Below are positions 44,008-57,288 of a DNA stretch of 64,000 nt, piece by piece (position 1 is the stretch's first letter; each line of letters begins with the position of its first letter). Source of the DNA: the human T2T-CHM13v2.0 reference genome, Homo sapiens; NCBI RefSeq assembly GCF_009914755.1, contig NC_060927.1, one strand, 5' to 3'. The notes under the pieces are model-generated. The model was not told the DNA's origin. It ran no database searches and worked only from the letters and a program-made list of their open reading frames with translations. The position numbers and the translations under genes were made by a program.

Positions 44008-44300
44008 GGCCAGGTGTGGTGGCTCATGCCTGTAATCCTAGCACTTTGGGAGGCCGAGTTGGATGGATCACCTGAGGTCAGGAGTTCAAGACCAGCCTGG
44101 CCAACAGGGCGAAACCCCGTCTCTACTAAAAATACAAAAATTAGCTGGGCATGGTGGTGGGTGCCTGTAATCTCAGCTACTAGGGAGGCTGAGGCAGGAG
44201 AATTGCTTAAAACCGGGAGGTGGAGGTTACAGTGAGCCAAGATGGTGCCATTGCACTCCAGCCTAGGCGACAGAGCGAGACTCTGTTTCAAAAAAAAAAA
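44008..44300 (+). mobile_element. AluSx nested in the provirus
   Basis: Full Alu dimer with A tail. Confidence 0.95.
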
Positions 44301-45673
44301 TAGTTGAACCCAGAGTGGGCCAAGAGTTGTGGGATCTGTGTCACCACCAATCCTGCCTCTAAGCCTCTGGTGGCTTGCACTAGACCCTGAATAGGTATCC
44401 TAGGAAATGAGAAACATTGTAAAAGGACTCTAGCAGCACAAGTCATACAAGTAAACTACAAAAAGTAGAAGGGTAATTGGGAATGCTGATATGTTAATTG
44501 GTCAAGATTGCTTTTAAGGCATTTAACAGCTATGACCAAGTCCAAGAAGGGCAAAAACAACTCGAGATGAGAAAACAAGCTATGCTGCTTACCACAGTTC
44601 TTAACTGCAACCAGCCAGCACACAAGGAAAAGACAAAGAGCCATGGGTAAGACCCCCTAAGGTCCCCACTGCCTAGCCAAAAGGGTTATCCACCCTTGAG
44701 GCCACAACAATGTGCATATTGTAAACTAGAGGGCAATTAGAAACAGGAGTATTCTAACTGTCTCTGGGAGATAGAAGAGGGAGGAAAAGAAGCTTCCCAT
44801 CAATCAGCCCAGCAGATGTCACAGTTTGCTGATAGTAACCAGAAATAATGAGACCCTGAGGGTCAGGGGCTCCTCTACAATCTAGGAACCCTGGGTAACA
44901 ATTGCTGTGGGAAAGAGACTCATGGGCTTTCTGACACTAGAGCTAAACTTCTTCCATTAGCCTCCCCTTCCTGCTGCTCTGCCTCTTTACTTTGCTACCT
45001 TGTTCTCTCTAAAATTTGATGAAGGGCTTCAGCCATGTGGGATAGATGAATTTCAGCTAAAATTTCTAGTCTGACAGAGACACAGTTTGAATCTAACTGT
45101 CCTTTAAAGTAGGGAGTTGTACCAACCCATGGTTAAAGTTTTTAAAAATTAATGCTACAAGATCATTATTTACATCTGGTGGTACGTACAGCTCCAACTG
45201 TATTTGTCTATGGTACCAAATTGGCATATAAAAAAATGAGTACTTCTAAACTAAGCAAATAAAAGCCAATGCTTTTCAAGTTCACATGCCTGAGTCATCA
45301 TTTAGAGAATAAGACTATTCTTAAGTCTTAATAAAACTGTTGGTTTGATGGGGATGTTTGTCTTTTGAAATTTAACTTTAAGGTTCTTACTTTCATGACA
45401 CCTACCTGATACGCAGTTATATAAGGTAATTAACAGATAATTTGTAATGATGACTAGCTTTGTCTAATGTGTCAGTTCTCATAAGTAATCTAGGTAAACT
45501 GCTAAAAACAAATAAATTAGGTAAAGGTAAATGGGATAAATATCTATAAATAAATTTTTTATGTAATTTGAAATCCTAAATTAAATAATAGATACTCGTT
45601 GAATCTATGGCTCAGTTCCAAATTAGACAAAAACCAGAACAAATTGCTGATTGGCTTCTTATATTTGATAGAC

Positions 45674-47985
45674 TGATATGATTTGACTGTGTCCCCACCC
45701 AAATCTCATCTTGAGTAGTTCCAATAATCCCCACATGTCACAGAAGGGACTCAGTGTGAGGTGATTGAATCATGGGGGCATACTGTTCTTGTGATAGTGA
45801 GTGAGTTCTTATGAGATCTGATGGTTTTATAAGGGGCTTTCCCTGCTTTTGCTTGGCACTTCTCCTTGCTGCTGCCATGTGAAGAAGGATGTGTTTGCTT
45901 CCCATTCTGCCATGATTGTAAGTTTCCTGAGGCCTTCCTAGCCATGCTGAACTGTGAGTCAATTAAATCTCTTTCCTTTATAAATTATCCAGTCTCAGGT
46001 ATGTCTTTATTAGCAGCATGAAAATAGGCTAATACAGTAAATTGGTACTGGTAGAGTAGGGTACTGCTGTAAAGATACCCAAAAATGTGGAAGTGATTTT
46101 GGAACTGGATAATAGGCAGAGATTGAAACAGTTTGGAGGGCTCAGAAGAAGATAGGAAAATGTGGGAAAGTTTGAAACTTCCTATAGACTTGAAGAATTC
46201 AAAAGACAGGAAGATGTGGGGAAGTTTGGAACTTCCTAGAGACTTGTTGAATGGCTTTGACCAAAAAATGAAATCTAGCCTAAGGTGGTCTTAGATGGAG
46301 ATGAGGAACTCGTTGGGAACTGGAATAAAGGTGACTCTTGCTATGTTTTAGCAAAGAGACTGGTGGCATTTTACCCCTGCCCTAGAGATGTTTGGAACTT
46401 TGAACTTGAGAGAGATGATTTACAGTATCTGGTGGAAGAAATTTCTAAGCAGCAAAGCATTCAAGAGGAAGCAGAGCATAAACGTTTGGAAAATTTGCAG
46501 CCTGATGATGCAATAGAAAAGAAAACCCCATTTTCTGGGGAGAAATTCAAGCCTGCTGTGGAAATTTGCATAACTAACAAGGAGCTGAATGTTAATTACC
46601 AAGGCAATGGGGAAAATGTCTCCAGGGCATGTCAGAGGCCTTTGACACAGTCCCTCCCATCACAGGCCCAGAAGCCTAGAAGGAAAAAATGGTTTCCTGG
46701 CCCAGGCCCAGGGCCCCTTGCTGTGTGCAGCCTAGAGACTTGGTGCCCTGCATCCCAGCTGCTCCAGCCATGGCTATAATGGGCCAAGGTAGAGTTCAGG
46801 CTGTAGCTTCAGAGGGTGCAAACCCCAAGCCTTGGCAGCTTCCATGTGGTGTTGAGCCTGCAAGTGCACAGAAGTCAAGAATTGAAGTTTGGGAACCTCT
46901 GCCTAGATTTCAGAGGATGTATGGAAATGCCTCGATGTCCAGGCAGAAGTTTGCTGCAGGGGCAGGGCCCTCACACAGATCCTCTTCTAGGGCAGTGCAA
47001 AAGGGAAAAGTGGGATTGGAGCCCCCATACAGAGTCCCCACTGGGGTACTGCCTAGTGGAGCTATCAGAAGAGAGCGACTGTCCTGCAGACCCCAGAATG
47101 GTAGATCCACCGACAGCTGGAACTGTATGCCTGGAAAAGCTGCAGACACTCAATACCAGCCTATGAAAGCAGCTGGGAGCGGGGGCTACCCCATGCAAAG
47201 CCACAGAGGCGGAACTGCCCAAGGCTGTGGGAGCCCACCTCTTGTATCAGTGTGCCCTGGATGTAATGCTATCAAAGGAGATCATTTTGGAACTTTAAGG
47301 TTTAATGACTGCCCAGCTGGATTTTGGACTTACCTAGGGCCTGTAGCCTCTTTGTTTTGGCTAATTTCTCCCATTTGGAATGGGTGTATTTACCCAATGC
47401 CTATACCCCCATTGTATCTAGGAGGTAACTAACTTGCTTTTGATTTTACAGGCTCATAGGCAGAAGGGACTTGTGTTGTCCCAGATGAGACTTTGGACTT
47501 AGACTCTTGGGTTAATGCTAAAATGAATTAAGACTTTGGGGTACTGTTGGAAGGGCATGATTATGTTTTGTAACATGAGGACATGAGATTTGGGAGGGGG
47601 CAGGGGCAGAATGATATGGTTTGGCTGTGTCCTCACCCAAATCTCATATTGAATTGTAGTTCCCATAATCCCCATGTGTTGTGGGAGGGACCTGGTGGGA
47701 GGTAATTGAACCATGGGGTTGGTTACCTTCATGCTATTCTCTTAATAGTGAGTGAGTTCTCATGAGATCTGATGGTTTTATAAGGGGCTTCCCCAACTTT
47801 TGCGCAGCACTTCTCCTGCTGCCACCATGTGAATAAGGATGCATTTGCTTCCCCTTCTGCCATGCTTGTAAGTTTCCTGAGGCCTCTCCAGCCATGCTGA
47901 ACTTGAGTCAATTAAATCTCTTTCCTTTATAAATTACCCAGTCTCAAGTATGTCTTTATTAGCAGAGTGAGAACAAACTAATACA
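45674..47985 (+). mobile_element. Full-length THE1 (LTR-int-LTR; THE1C/D-like) nested in the provirus
   Basis: LTRs 45674-46036 and 47612-47985 (tgatatg...aataca); gtaaattggtac internal start; TSD tagac/aagac. Confidence 0.95.
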
Positions 47986-50900
47986 AAGACTAAATATGTT
48001 TGGGTCTATAAATATGTGTAAAAATTATGCTAAAGGAAAACATGTTTTTCTAAAAATCATAAAATGGTTTTTGTGTATAAAATACTAATATATTACAGAC
48101 AATGGAAGTTTTTGTGCTTACTGTGTTTTAAATAAAATTTAGGAGTACTGAGAGTTTAAAAAAATTCTAACTAATTTGTGATTCTATATATGAGGTATGC
48201 CAAAAGTAAGATGTTATTAATAAGAAAAAATTATGAGAAAGACATAAAATGTGTTCTTTATTGAGAAAAAGAGTAATTTTGTCTTATTTGGAAGTTATTT
48301 AAAGGGAGGTCTAAAATATGGATTTAGGAAGAAATTAGAAACAAGATAGAAGGGAGCCAGCAAATAGGAGAGAGAGAGACGTGAAGAAAGTTATAAATGT
48401 GAAGATGTATAGTTTGTATGAGGAAGAATCATATGTAGTAAATCTTTGTCCTAGTGTGAAACGACTCATTACTGAAGAAAGATAAAGTATAAGGCAAGGC
48501 AGAAAGTCCAAGTATGTTGTTGACCATGTGAGTAAGTAATGATAAGGTTTATAAAAAGAAAGTTTCTGAAAGAAATTTCAGGTTTGATTAAATTGGCTAT
48601 AAGTAAAATAATTATTTTTAACAGTCTTACTAAACAATGAACTTTGATGTTAAAACACACTGATACAGAACTTAAAATTTTGGCCCTCCTATATTAAAAC
48701 AGGGGTTTCTTAAAATATTGGTTTGTTCTTAATAAGATTGGGAGAGGTTTTGATTTTTAATTCTGAAATCTGTTTCTTTAACAGCCTTTCTCTGAATTAT
48801 GAATTAGTTTCTATTTCTGTCACATTCCTTCCTGAGAACTGTCTATTTTCCCTGGTTTCAGGTTTATCTTGAAGGTCTTAGAAAAGCAATGTTTTACTCC
48901 AGTATAACTTGATTTTGTATTAGTCTTTTCTTAATGTGTCTGAACTGTTTCCTGTAACCAGAACTTCTATGCTATTACTAAATGTATTCCCCTGCTCAAG
49001 GTTACTGGCCTAAAAAGCAAAGATTGTTTAGGAAAACTGAGCTTTGAAAGGGTTAAGGTTTTTACATCCATGTAATTTCCTGTATTGCTATAGAAGTCTT
49101 TTGATTGTCACTCTGGTTCAATGAGTAACTATTATGTAGGAGCAACATATGATTCTGTTGAAGGAAGTACTTTGATTTTATTTATTTATTAATTTTTTAC
49201 ATCTTTGGCAGATTTTCCAGGATCCAAATCTGAATTCAAGCCTCTTAGCCTAAAATTAACTTTGAGATTTTTCCAGGTGGGCCCCCTGGAGAGCATCAAA
49301 GAGTATATTTCTCACCTTGTGGAGGTTTTAAATGATTAGACTTATTTGGTAAATAATATGCAAAGTGCTGTCAAATAAGGAATGATGCTTAACTTCAAGT
49401 TATATTTATGTAAGTGTGTTATTAAGAGGTGTGAAATTGTATGAGATTCCTAAAATACTGATATGCCAAGATACATGTCATAATTATGATTATGGTATTG
49501 GATGGTTGCATGCCAAAGAAATATGTAAATTTCCTTGTCAATTGTAAATTCTCATCAGATCTCTGAATATGTCTGTTCTAGGTTTTTGTCAACCACAGTT
49601 TATTGTTTTAAATTCTTCTCTGGAAGCATTTGCAATTGGCTGTAGTCCAAAATTGCCAAATAAGATTGAGCAAAACAAAATTAATGACATGAAATTAAGT
49701 AATTGATAAGGATAATGTTTTATGACTTAAATGTTTTATTTTCTAGATTCAAGGAAATTTTTTGTCATAACCTCTCTATAGTTTGCAATAATTGGATAAA
49801 GTATCCTTTGTGAACAATGGTGGAAGCATTTTTTTTTCCTCTACCTGATTTCTTGACTCCTACAAAATTGTGGGTCTTATTTTTATTTAGTAAATCCAGT
49901 AAAAAAAAAAAAATCTCTCTTTATAAGCAGGATACTATTGGAAACATTGGTTATATTACTAAAGTTTGGACTGAAATGTCACATTTTAAAATGTACATGA
50001 AATGCCTGGTTTCAAGAGTTCCCAGCTTTACAGTGAGTGAATGAAAACTGTCACTTCCTAGCAGGCCCAAGAACCTTAAGACGGTAAGTAAAATCTAAAG
50101 CTTGCCTTGGTTTGGATTTCCAGTTGCAAGAGGTCCTAAATCTGAGATTTCCTATATGATCAATGTGGAGAGAAACAGTTATGTTTCTAAGGAAAGCAAA
50201 AGTATACTTGTTACTAGATTGTAACCCTGTGCATTGTCTTCAAGTCCTTGTTATCTGCCTGTAGACTGGACTAGATCCTGAATTCTTCTCAGTTCCCCTA
50301 ATATTTGGTTTTAACTAATTCCTGATGAACTCCCCCAGCCCTCTTCCCTCAATCCAGGCTAGGAATGCTCTAGGGACATTCAAGGGATTTCCCCTTTTTA
50401 AATCTGACCAACTCTCTAGTTAGATTTCAGAACTGGGGACAAGCTAGACTCAGGATACTAGGGTCTCCTTGTCTCAAAGCAGTTGATGCTGTCCCTTCCT
50501 TTGTAAAAGCCACAAAGATAGTTATGGGGCCACCCCTGACTGTCTACGTTCTATGCTCTGTTGAGGCACTCCTCAATTTACATCACAAGCTTTCAAGAAA
50601 ACTACAGGGATTTCTTTCTATCCTCACTTTGCCTTACCAGCCTCCAATGTAACTTGCTTAATCTGACCACTTTATTTAACTTTCCTCATGCCCACTCTGC
50701 CCAACAAGCAGAACTGCATGCTCTTACCAGGGCATGTCCTTTAGCCAAAAGTAAAAGGCCAGTATCAACAAGCCACATCCATGGCAGCAACTAAGACCCT
50801 ATTGGAAAAATTACACCAACCTGGTATAATTGTTGAGAGCTTCATAGTGACTGAGAAACTTATTTTACAGGGCAAATTATTCAAATGTTGCAAAATGTGG

Positions 50901-51150
50901 CCTATTTATTGACATCTCCATTGTGCTTACCACCCCCAGTCCTCTGGACTGAAGAAACAGACCAGTGGACCAGTGGAATAATAAAGCCCTATTGGTGAAT
51001 ATCTGTGCAGCATTCAGCATGCCATAGCTAAAAGAAGGAGACCCTTTGTTTAGTTTTCCTTCACCCACGCGAACATTCTTGGAAAACTGCTAGGCCCACA
51101 TTTTCTTCTCCCAAAAAGGGGGAAGTAATAAGTTATCCTCACCAGGAGAT

Positions 51151-51588
51151 TTGGCCATAGAAATAGCTCTTACCCAAGTTCCTATCTATTCAGTTGACCT
51201 CACCAATGCTACCCACCCTACTCTCCAAGAGCTGCGTGAGAGTTTTGGGGCACAATCCAACACCAATGATAACCCTGCAGATTATAATTGGGGCCACTTT
51301 CAAGGATGTGATTTACCCAGAGAGGTTAACTCTAGTGAAGGAGCTAGATTAGGAAGGCTTCTGGGGTCCTGGTTTGTACTAGGTTGTGTTTGCAACAGAT
51401 ACATGGTCAGAAACGTTTCCCGCACTGTTAATAGGGTTGCCCACTTCACCACCCAAGCCATCAGGACACAGCAGAGTTCCTTAGACAACCACATTGCTAT
51501 CGACTATCACCTCACTGCACAGGGTGGTGTTTGTGCTGTTGCTAACACTTGCTGCTGTACCTGGGTAAATATTTCCAGTCAGGTTTAA
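51151..51588 (+). pseudogene. Retroviral env TM relic
   Basis: LDNHIAIDYHLTAQGGVCAVANTCCC = immunosuppressive-domain homolog plus CX6CC motif. Confidence 0.88.
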
Positions 51589-53579
51589 CTGGGAACACCT
51601 AAGGCCTACAGCGAGCCAAATCTCTGAAAGGGACACCTTCAGGGAGCCTCCTAGCTGAACCTGGTGGGTACAATTTCCAATGTCGAGATATTTTCAGAGG
51701 ATTTCTCCTAGTATAGGATTTCTTCTGTGTTTCACCCTGCAAGTCTTAATGATTCCCCTTATATTTGAGCTAAGCATTTAGCTCCTCTTTAAAATTGTTC
51801 TAGCCTGTTTTAACAGATGTCTGTAAGAGACCCCCACCGGGATCTTGCTCATGCAATCTTTGAGACTTTAAATTCACTCCAGCTGGAAATCAGAACAACC
51901 CAAGAGACTTTGGCTCAAATTTAATAGGTAGCTTAGTGCCTCTCAAAAGTAAGTGGGTCTAGTTGTTCAATTGGCCACTGCCCTGCCTCTAGGATCCCTG
52001 AAAGGGACCAGATGGACCTGAAGCAGGTAGCCAACTACTTCTGCACTGTCGTACAATGCAATGTGGTCCACCAACAGATTTACGCCAGTTCTTCAAGATG
52101 GATCCTGAGTGGCTAACTGGGACTCCATTTAAAATAGAGCAAAGCAGCCATTTGTTGAGTAGGGGTGACATACATGCCCTGAGTTCCAGGAAAGCCTGCA
52201 GCATTTAACTTTGAGGCTTTCAGGATTCACCTGAACCAGTCAATTAAAGCTCACCCGAGTTGGCTAATCAGGGCTCAGCTATATTGACCAATCAGAACTA
52301 AGTCAGTTTCAAGTTTCAACACTACATTTGCGTAGACAGTCTTGATTTGGAACCTGGGTGGAAACTTTTGCTATAAGACCTGGGGTTCTGTTTGTTCTCT
52401 GGAACTGGTAATGTTGTTAACTCTTTATGCCTTTACCTATAACCAGATAAAAACAACATCTGAAATGTAACTCTGACACCAGGGCACTAAACAATTTCAT
52501 TCCTCTGACCAAGGTCTACCCCGCTAATCAGCAGGAAGTGGCTAAAGTAGTCATAGCTCGTATTCCCTCAAGATTGAGGAATGGATATAAAAAAGGGAGG
52601 GATGTGTAGCTGCACCAGACCAGTCTGGTTCAACTTTTATGTAACAATGTTGTAAGTTGTTTTTCAGTTGCCATGGACCCTTAGGTCAATCAACCTGAGC
52701 AGGCCCAGATGAACCAAGTATGTAACCACAGGAGGAACCTCTAAGTACTTGGACCAAGGAGTGGGAACTAAATAAATAAGCAGATCCAGGATCCAAACAG
52801 ATCAAGCTTTTGCATCACCCCATGGCAGGATCCAGTCAGATCATACCCCCTGGCATCACCTCATTACAAGATCCAATCAGGTCACAGCTCATTACCCTAT
52901 GCTTATAAAACCTGATCCAGCCCCCAGCTTGGGGAAACACTGCTTTGGGAACTAATGCCCAGTGTTCTCCTTACTTGTTACAAGTAATAAAATCCCCTTA
53001 TTAAATCCTCCTTGGTTGTGGTCATCGGACTGATACCCCCTAAACGACCGAACCTACTCATTGTGTGGGTAACATGCCTAGTTGAGTTTCTCGTTTTTAC
53101 ACCTTGTCCTAGAATCTGTTTAATAATCACTTATCAGGTATAACATAGAGAACACAGGAAACAGTTGCTTGCTAAGTAATTGTTTTGATTCTCTCTCCTT
53201 CATGACAGCTAGCATTTAAGAACTTATTATGTGTGAGGCGTAGTGCCAAGGTTCGAAGTACAGTGTTTTATATATCTGATTTAGATATTACCTTGCTTAA
53301 GCCTTAAAAGAGATCTCGTGCTTTGTAGATGAGGACACTGAAGCTCAGATTGCCCAAGGTCACACAGCTGGTATGTGGTGGGATGTATTTGACACAAGGT
53401 CTCTAATGACAAAGCCATAATCTTTCTACTACAAAGTGAACATTACCATACTTCTCCCATACCACAGTACTTGGCTAATATAGCAGCCCCTAACAGAATT
53501 ATTTATGTAATAACTATACAAATTAGACAAATAATTATACAAAAAAACTCCATTCCCCAGCTCTTCAGTGAAATTCTTT

Positions 53580-56420
53580 TATAGAATTAAACTTAATTTT
53601 GAGGTAATTTTAGATTCACATGCAGTTGTAAGAACAATACAAAGAGATCAGATATACCCTTTACCCAGCATACCCCAATGGTAACATCTTGCAAAACTAT
53701 TGTAGTACAATATTGTCACTACATTATTGACATTGATACAGTCAAAATACAAACATTTCCATCACCACAAGGATCCCCCATGCTGACCTTTTGTAGCCAC
53801 ATCCACCTTCCTTCCTATACCACTTAACCTCTGGCAACTACTAAGCTGTTCTCTATTTGTATAATCTATCATTTTAAAAATGTTAAGTGAATAGACTCAT
53901 ACAACAGGCAAACTTTGGGGACTGGCTTTTTAAACTTAACCTAATTCTCTGGTGATTCATCTAGGTTCCTGTAGATAGCAATAGTTGATTCCTTTTTATT
54001 GCTGAGTAGTATTTTATGGCGTGGAAGTGTCACAGTTTATTTAACCATTCACCTATTGCAGGATATCTGAGTTATTTCCAATTTTTGGCTATTATACATA
54101 AAATTGCTAGGAACACTACTGTATACATTTCTGTGTGACTATAAGTTATTATTTATCTGTGATAAATGCTCAGGGGCACAATTGCTGAGCTATTTGGTAG
54201 TTGCATGTTGTGTTTTCAATGAAACTGCCAAACTGTTTCCGAGAGTTGCTCTATCACTTTATATTTTCATCAGCAACGTATGAATGATCCAGTTTCTCTA
54301 CATCCTGGTCAGTGTTTGGTGTTGTCATCATTTTCTATTTTAGCCATTCTGAAAGGTATGTAGTTATATCTCATTGTGATTTTAATTTGTGTTTCTTTGA
54401 TGTCCAATAATGTTAAACATCTTTTCAGGGGCCTATTTGATATCTGTATATCCTCTTGGATGCAATGTCTTTTTATGTCTTTTGCTCATTATCTCATTGT
54501 AGTCTTTGCTTTTTCACTATTATTGCATTTATTCAAGATACTAGTACTTTGCCAGAAATGTGCTTTACAAATATTTTCTCTCAGCCTGTAGATTGGTTTT
54601 TTATTCTTTCTCTTTTTTTAAAGACAGGCTCTCACTCTGTTGCCCAAGCTGGAGTGCAGTGGCATGATCATGGCTCAATTCAGCCTTGACCTTATGGGCT
54701 CAAGAGATCCTCCTGCTTCAGCCTCCTAAGTAGCTGGACTACAGACATGAGCCACCATGCCCAGCTATGAATAATTTAAAATTTTTTGTAGAGATGGGAT
54801 CTCACTATGTTGCCCAGGCTAGTCTCAAACTCCTGGCCTCATGCAGTCCTCCTGCTTTGGCCTCCCAAAGTGTTGGTATTACACAGTGGTGCCTAGTCTC
54901 TCTTAATGGAGTTTTTCACAGGGTGAAAGTTTTAAATTTTGATGAAGCCCAATTTGAAACTTTTTTTTTTTCATGGAATCATGCTTTTAGTGTCAAGCTC
55001 AAGAACTTTTTGCCTAGCTTTAGCTCCTGAAGAGTTTATCATATTTTTTTCCTAAAAAGTTTTACAGTTTTATATTTTACATTTAAGGCCAGGCTTATCT
55101 TCGACATTTACTATCCTAGTGCTAGAATCAGCAGTTTCTCCAAGGAGCCCCTGTTTCTTTTATTGGAGAAAGGTATTAGAAACCAAGATCTGGGTGCTAG
55201 GCATGCTCATTGTTGTTGAGGTGTCATTGCTTTTAGGTTCTGTCAGTCCACAAAGGAAGAAAATACACTAACCCATGTACTAAAGTTTTCATATATGTTT
55301 CAATAAATATTTTATATGCAAATATCTATATTTATATTAAGCTAAACATGAGTTTATATTGATATTGATGTCTTCCACTCTACTCTATTGCCACATGGAT
55401 CGTTCTATCTTCCTTTCTTTGCTTACTTGTAAATTCCCAATACTGAGAAAATTGACTCCTGTTATGTACCATCTATTTACTTATTCATTCTAGTATCCAT
55501 GTGTAGAGGTATCAGAATTGTTGGGCTGTACCCCAGTGAGAAATAACTTTACTAACTAGAGTACAGTGTATATGTACAGTAACTTTTGCTTTAGTGTTGG
55601 AGACTCCACTCATTTCCAAAGTTACTTAGGTCAACACCTATTTCCTCACCCTCTTCAGTGAGATTGTTCCATACATTTGTAATACAATTGGATCATTTTA
55701 TCACCATCTGCATTCTGTCCTGAGATTTCCTGACCTTCTAAATGCTTTTTTAAAATGTGGATACATTAAGGTTTATTCTTTGTGCTATAAAGTTCTATGG
55801 GTTTTGATAAATGTGCAATATCAGATATTCACAATTACATGATCATAAAGAACATATGCCCTAAAAAAATCTCCTGCACTTCACCTATTCAGCCTTCTCC
55901 TTTCTGGAAACCACTGTTCTCTCTATGGTCTATATAGTTTTATCTCTTCCAGAGTGTCATATAATTGGAATCATATGACACGTAGCCTTTTCAGACTGGC
56001 TTATTTCACGGTGTAATGTGTGTTTAAGATCCATCCATGTCTTTGTGTGGTTTGAGATCTCATTTCTTTTTTTTAATCTCTGATTAATATTTATAAAATT
56101 AAGATTCACAATATCCAATATAGTGCATATGGACACACCATAGCTTGTTTGTCCAACAACAATTGAGGGACATCTTGGTTGCCTTTAGTTTTTTGTGAAG
56201 ATGAATAAAGCTACTATAGACATTCATGTGCAGATTTTTGTGTGAACATAAATTTTCAGATCAGTTGGGTAAATATCTATAAGCATGATTGCTAGATGTA
56301 TGGTAAGACTATTAACTTTGTAAGAAATTGCCAAACTGTATTCCAAGATGACTGTACCTTTTTGCATTTCCACCAGCAATGAATGAGGGTTCCTATTGCT
56401 CCAGATCCTCACCAGCAATT
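53580..56420 (-). mobile_element. Old L1M (L1MC/MB-like) fragments
   Basis: Reverse L1 ORF2-end/3'UTR motifs occurring twice (aaactgccaaactgtttcc near 54220; aaattgccaaactgtattcc near 56325). Confidence 0.8.
54605..54885 (-). mobile_element. AluJ nested in L1M
   Basis: gggctcaagagatcctcc diagnostic. Confidence 0.9.
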
Positions 56421-56427
56421 GGTTTTA

Positions 56428-56467
<40 letters not shown>
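56428..56467. repeat. (GT)n microsatellite
   Basis: About 20 units, read directly. Confidence 0.95.
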
Positions 56468-56471
<4 letters not shown>

Positions 56472-57026
56472 AAATTTTAGACATTATAATTGATATGTAG
56501 TAGTCAGTTATATTTTTTATTCTTAAAAACTACCAAAGGACAGCATTTTTTTGTTTTTTTTTTTTTGGCAATGCAGGAGAATTTAAGGCAAAGATACTGT
56601 TTAAACACCGAGAATCACTGACTTGGCCTCCATCTTAAAAAATGAGGATTGGCCTCAATGGTAAGGAATTTGCTTTAAAGCCTGGGAGAGCTCATGTTTA
56701 TAAGATTCCCTTAAATCTATGGTTCTCAGTCCTATCAGACTCAATGCTCCCTTACAATAAATCTTTGTAATGCCCTGTTTGCTATGCCAAAATGAAAGTT
56801 ATCAATAATATAACCTAACTATACAGTTTTTAAAAAATCAGTGTAATACCGTTACATAAAAGAGAAATTTTTAAAAATTAAGAAATTCTATGTCCCAATA
56901 CATAAATGTTCAGTCTTAATCACATTAAAAGACAATGAAGTAGTGAGATACCACTACCTTCTTGAATAAGTAGGTGAGAAGAGCAAAAGTCATTCTATAG
57001 AAGACAAACAGAAATTGAAGCAGTGA

Positions 57027-57288
57027 TATCTTAGTCCATTTGGGCTGCTATAACAAAAATATCATAGATTGGGTGGCTTAAACAAACATTTCTTTCTCAT
57101 AGTTCTGGAGGTAGATCAGGGTGCCAGCATGGTTGGGTTCTGGTGAGGGTGTTCTTCCCCATTGCAGATTGCTGAGTTTCCATTGTATCTTCACATGACT
57201 GAAAGAGAGCTAGAGAGATCCCTGGGGTCTCTTACATAAGGGTACTAATCCCATTCATGAGGGGGGCACAGACATTTAGTCTTTTGCA
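57027..57288 (-). mobile_element. MLT1A-type MaLR LTR
   Basis: tcttagtccatttgggctgctataacaaa...cattcatgagggg. Confidence 0.8.

Larger units (their letters stand above)
42968..53074 (+). mobile_element. Two-LTR endogenous retrovirus, defective (LTR tentatively LTR32-like)
   Basis: Direct repeats 42968-43448 and 52605-53074 (TG..CA); PBS 43455-43472; PPT aaaaagggaggga before the 3' LTR; gag knuckle, RNaseH, IN and env-TM relics in order; flanks tgct/tgcc. Confidence 0.9.
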
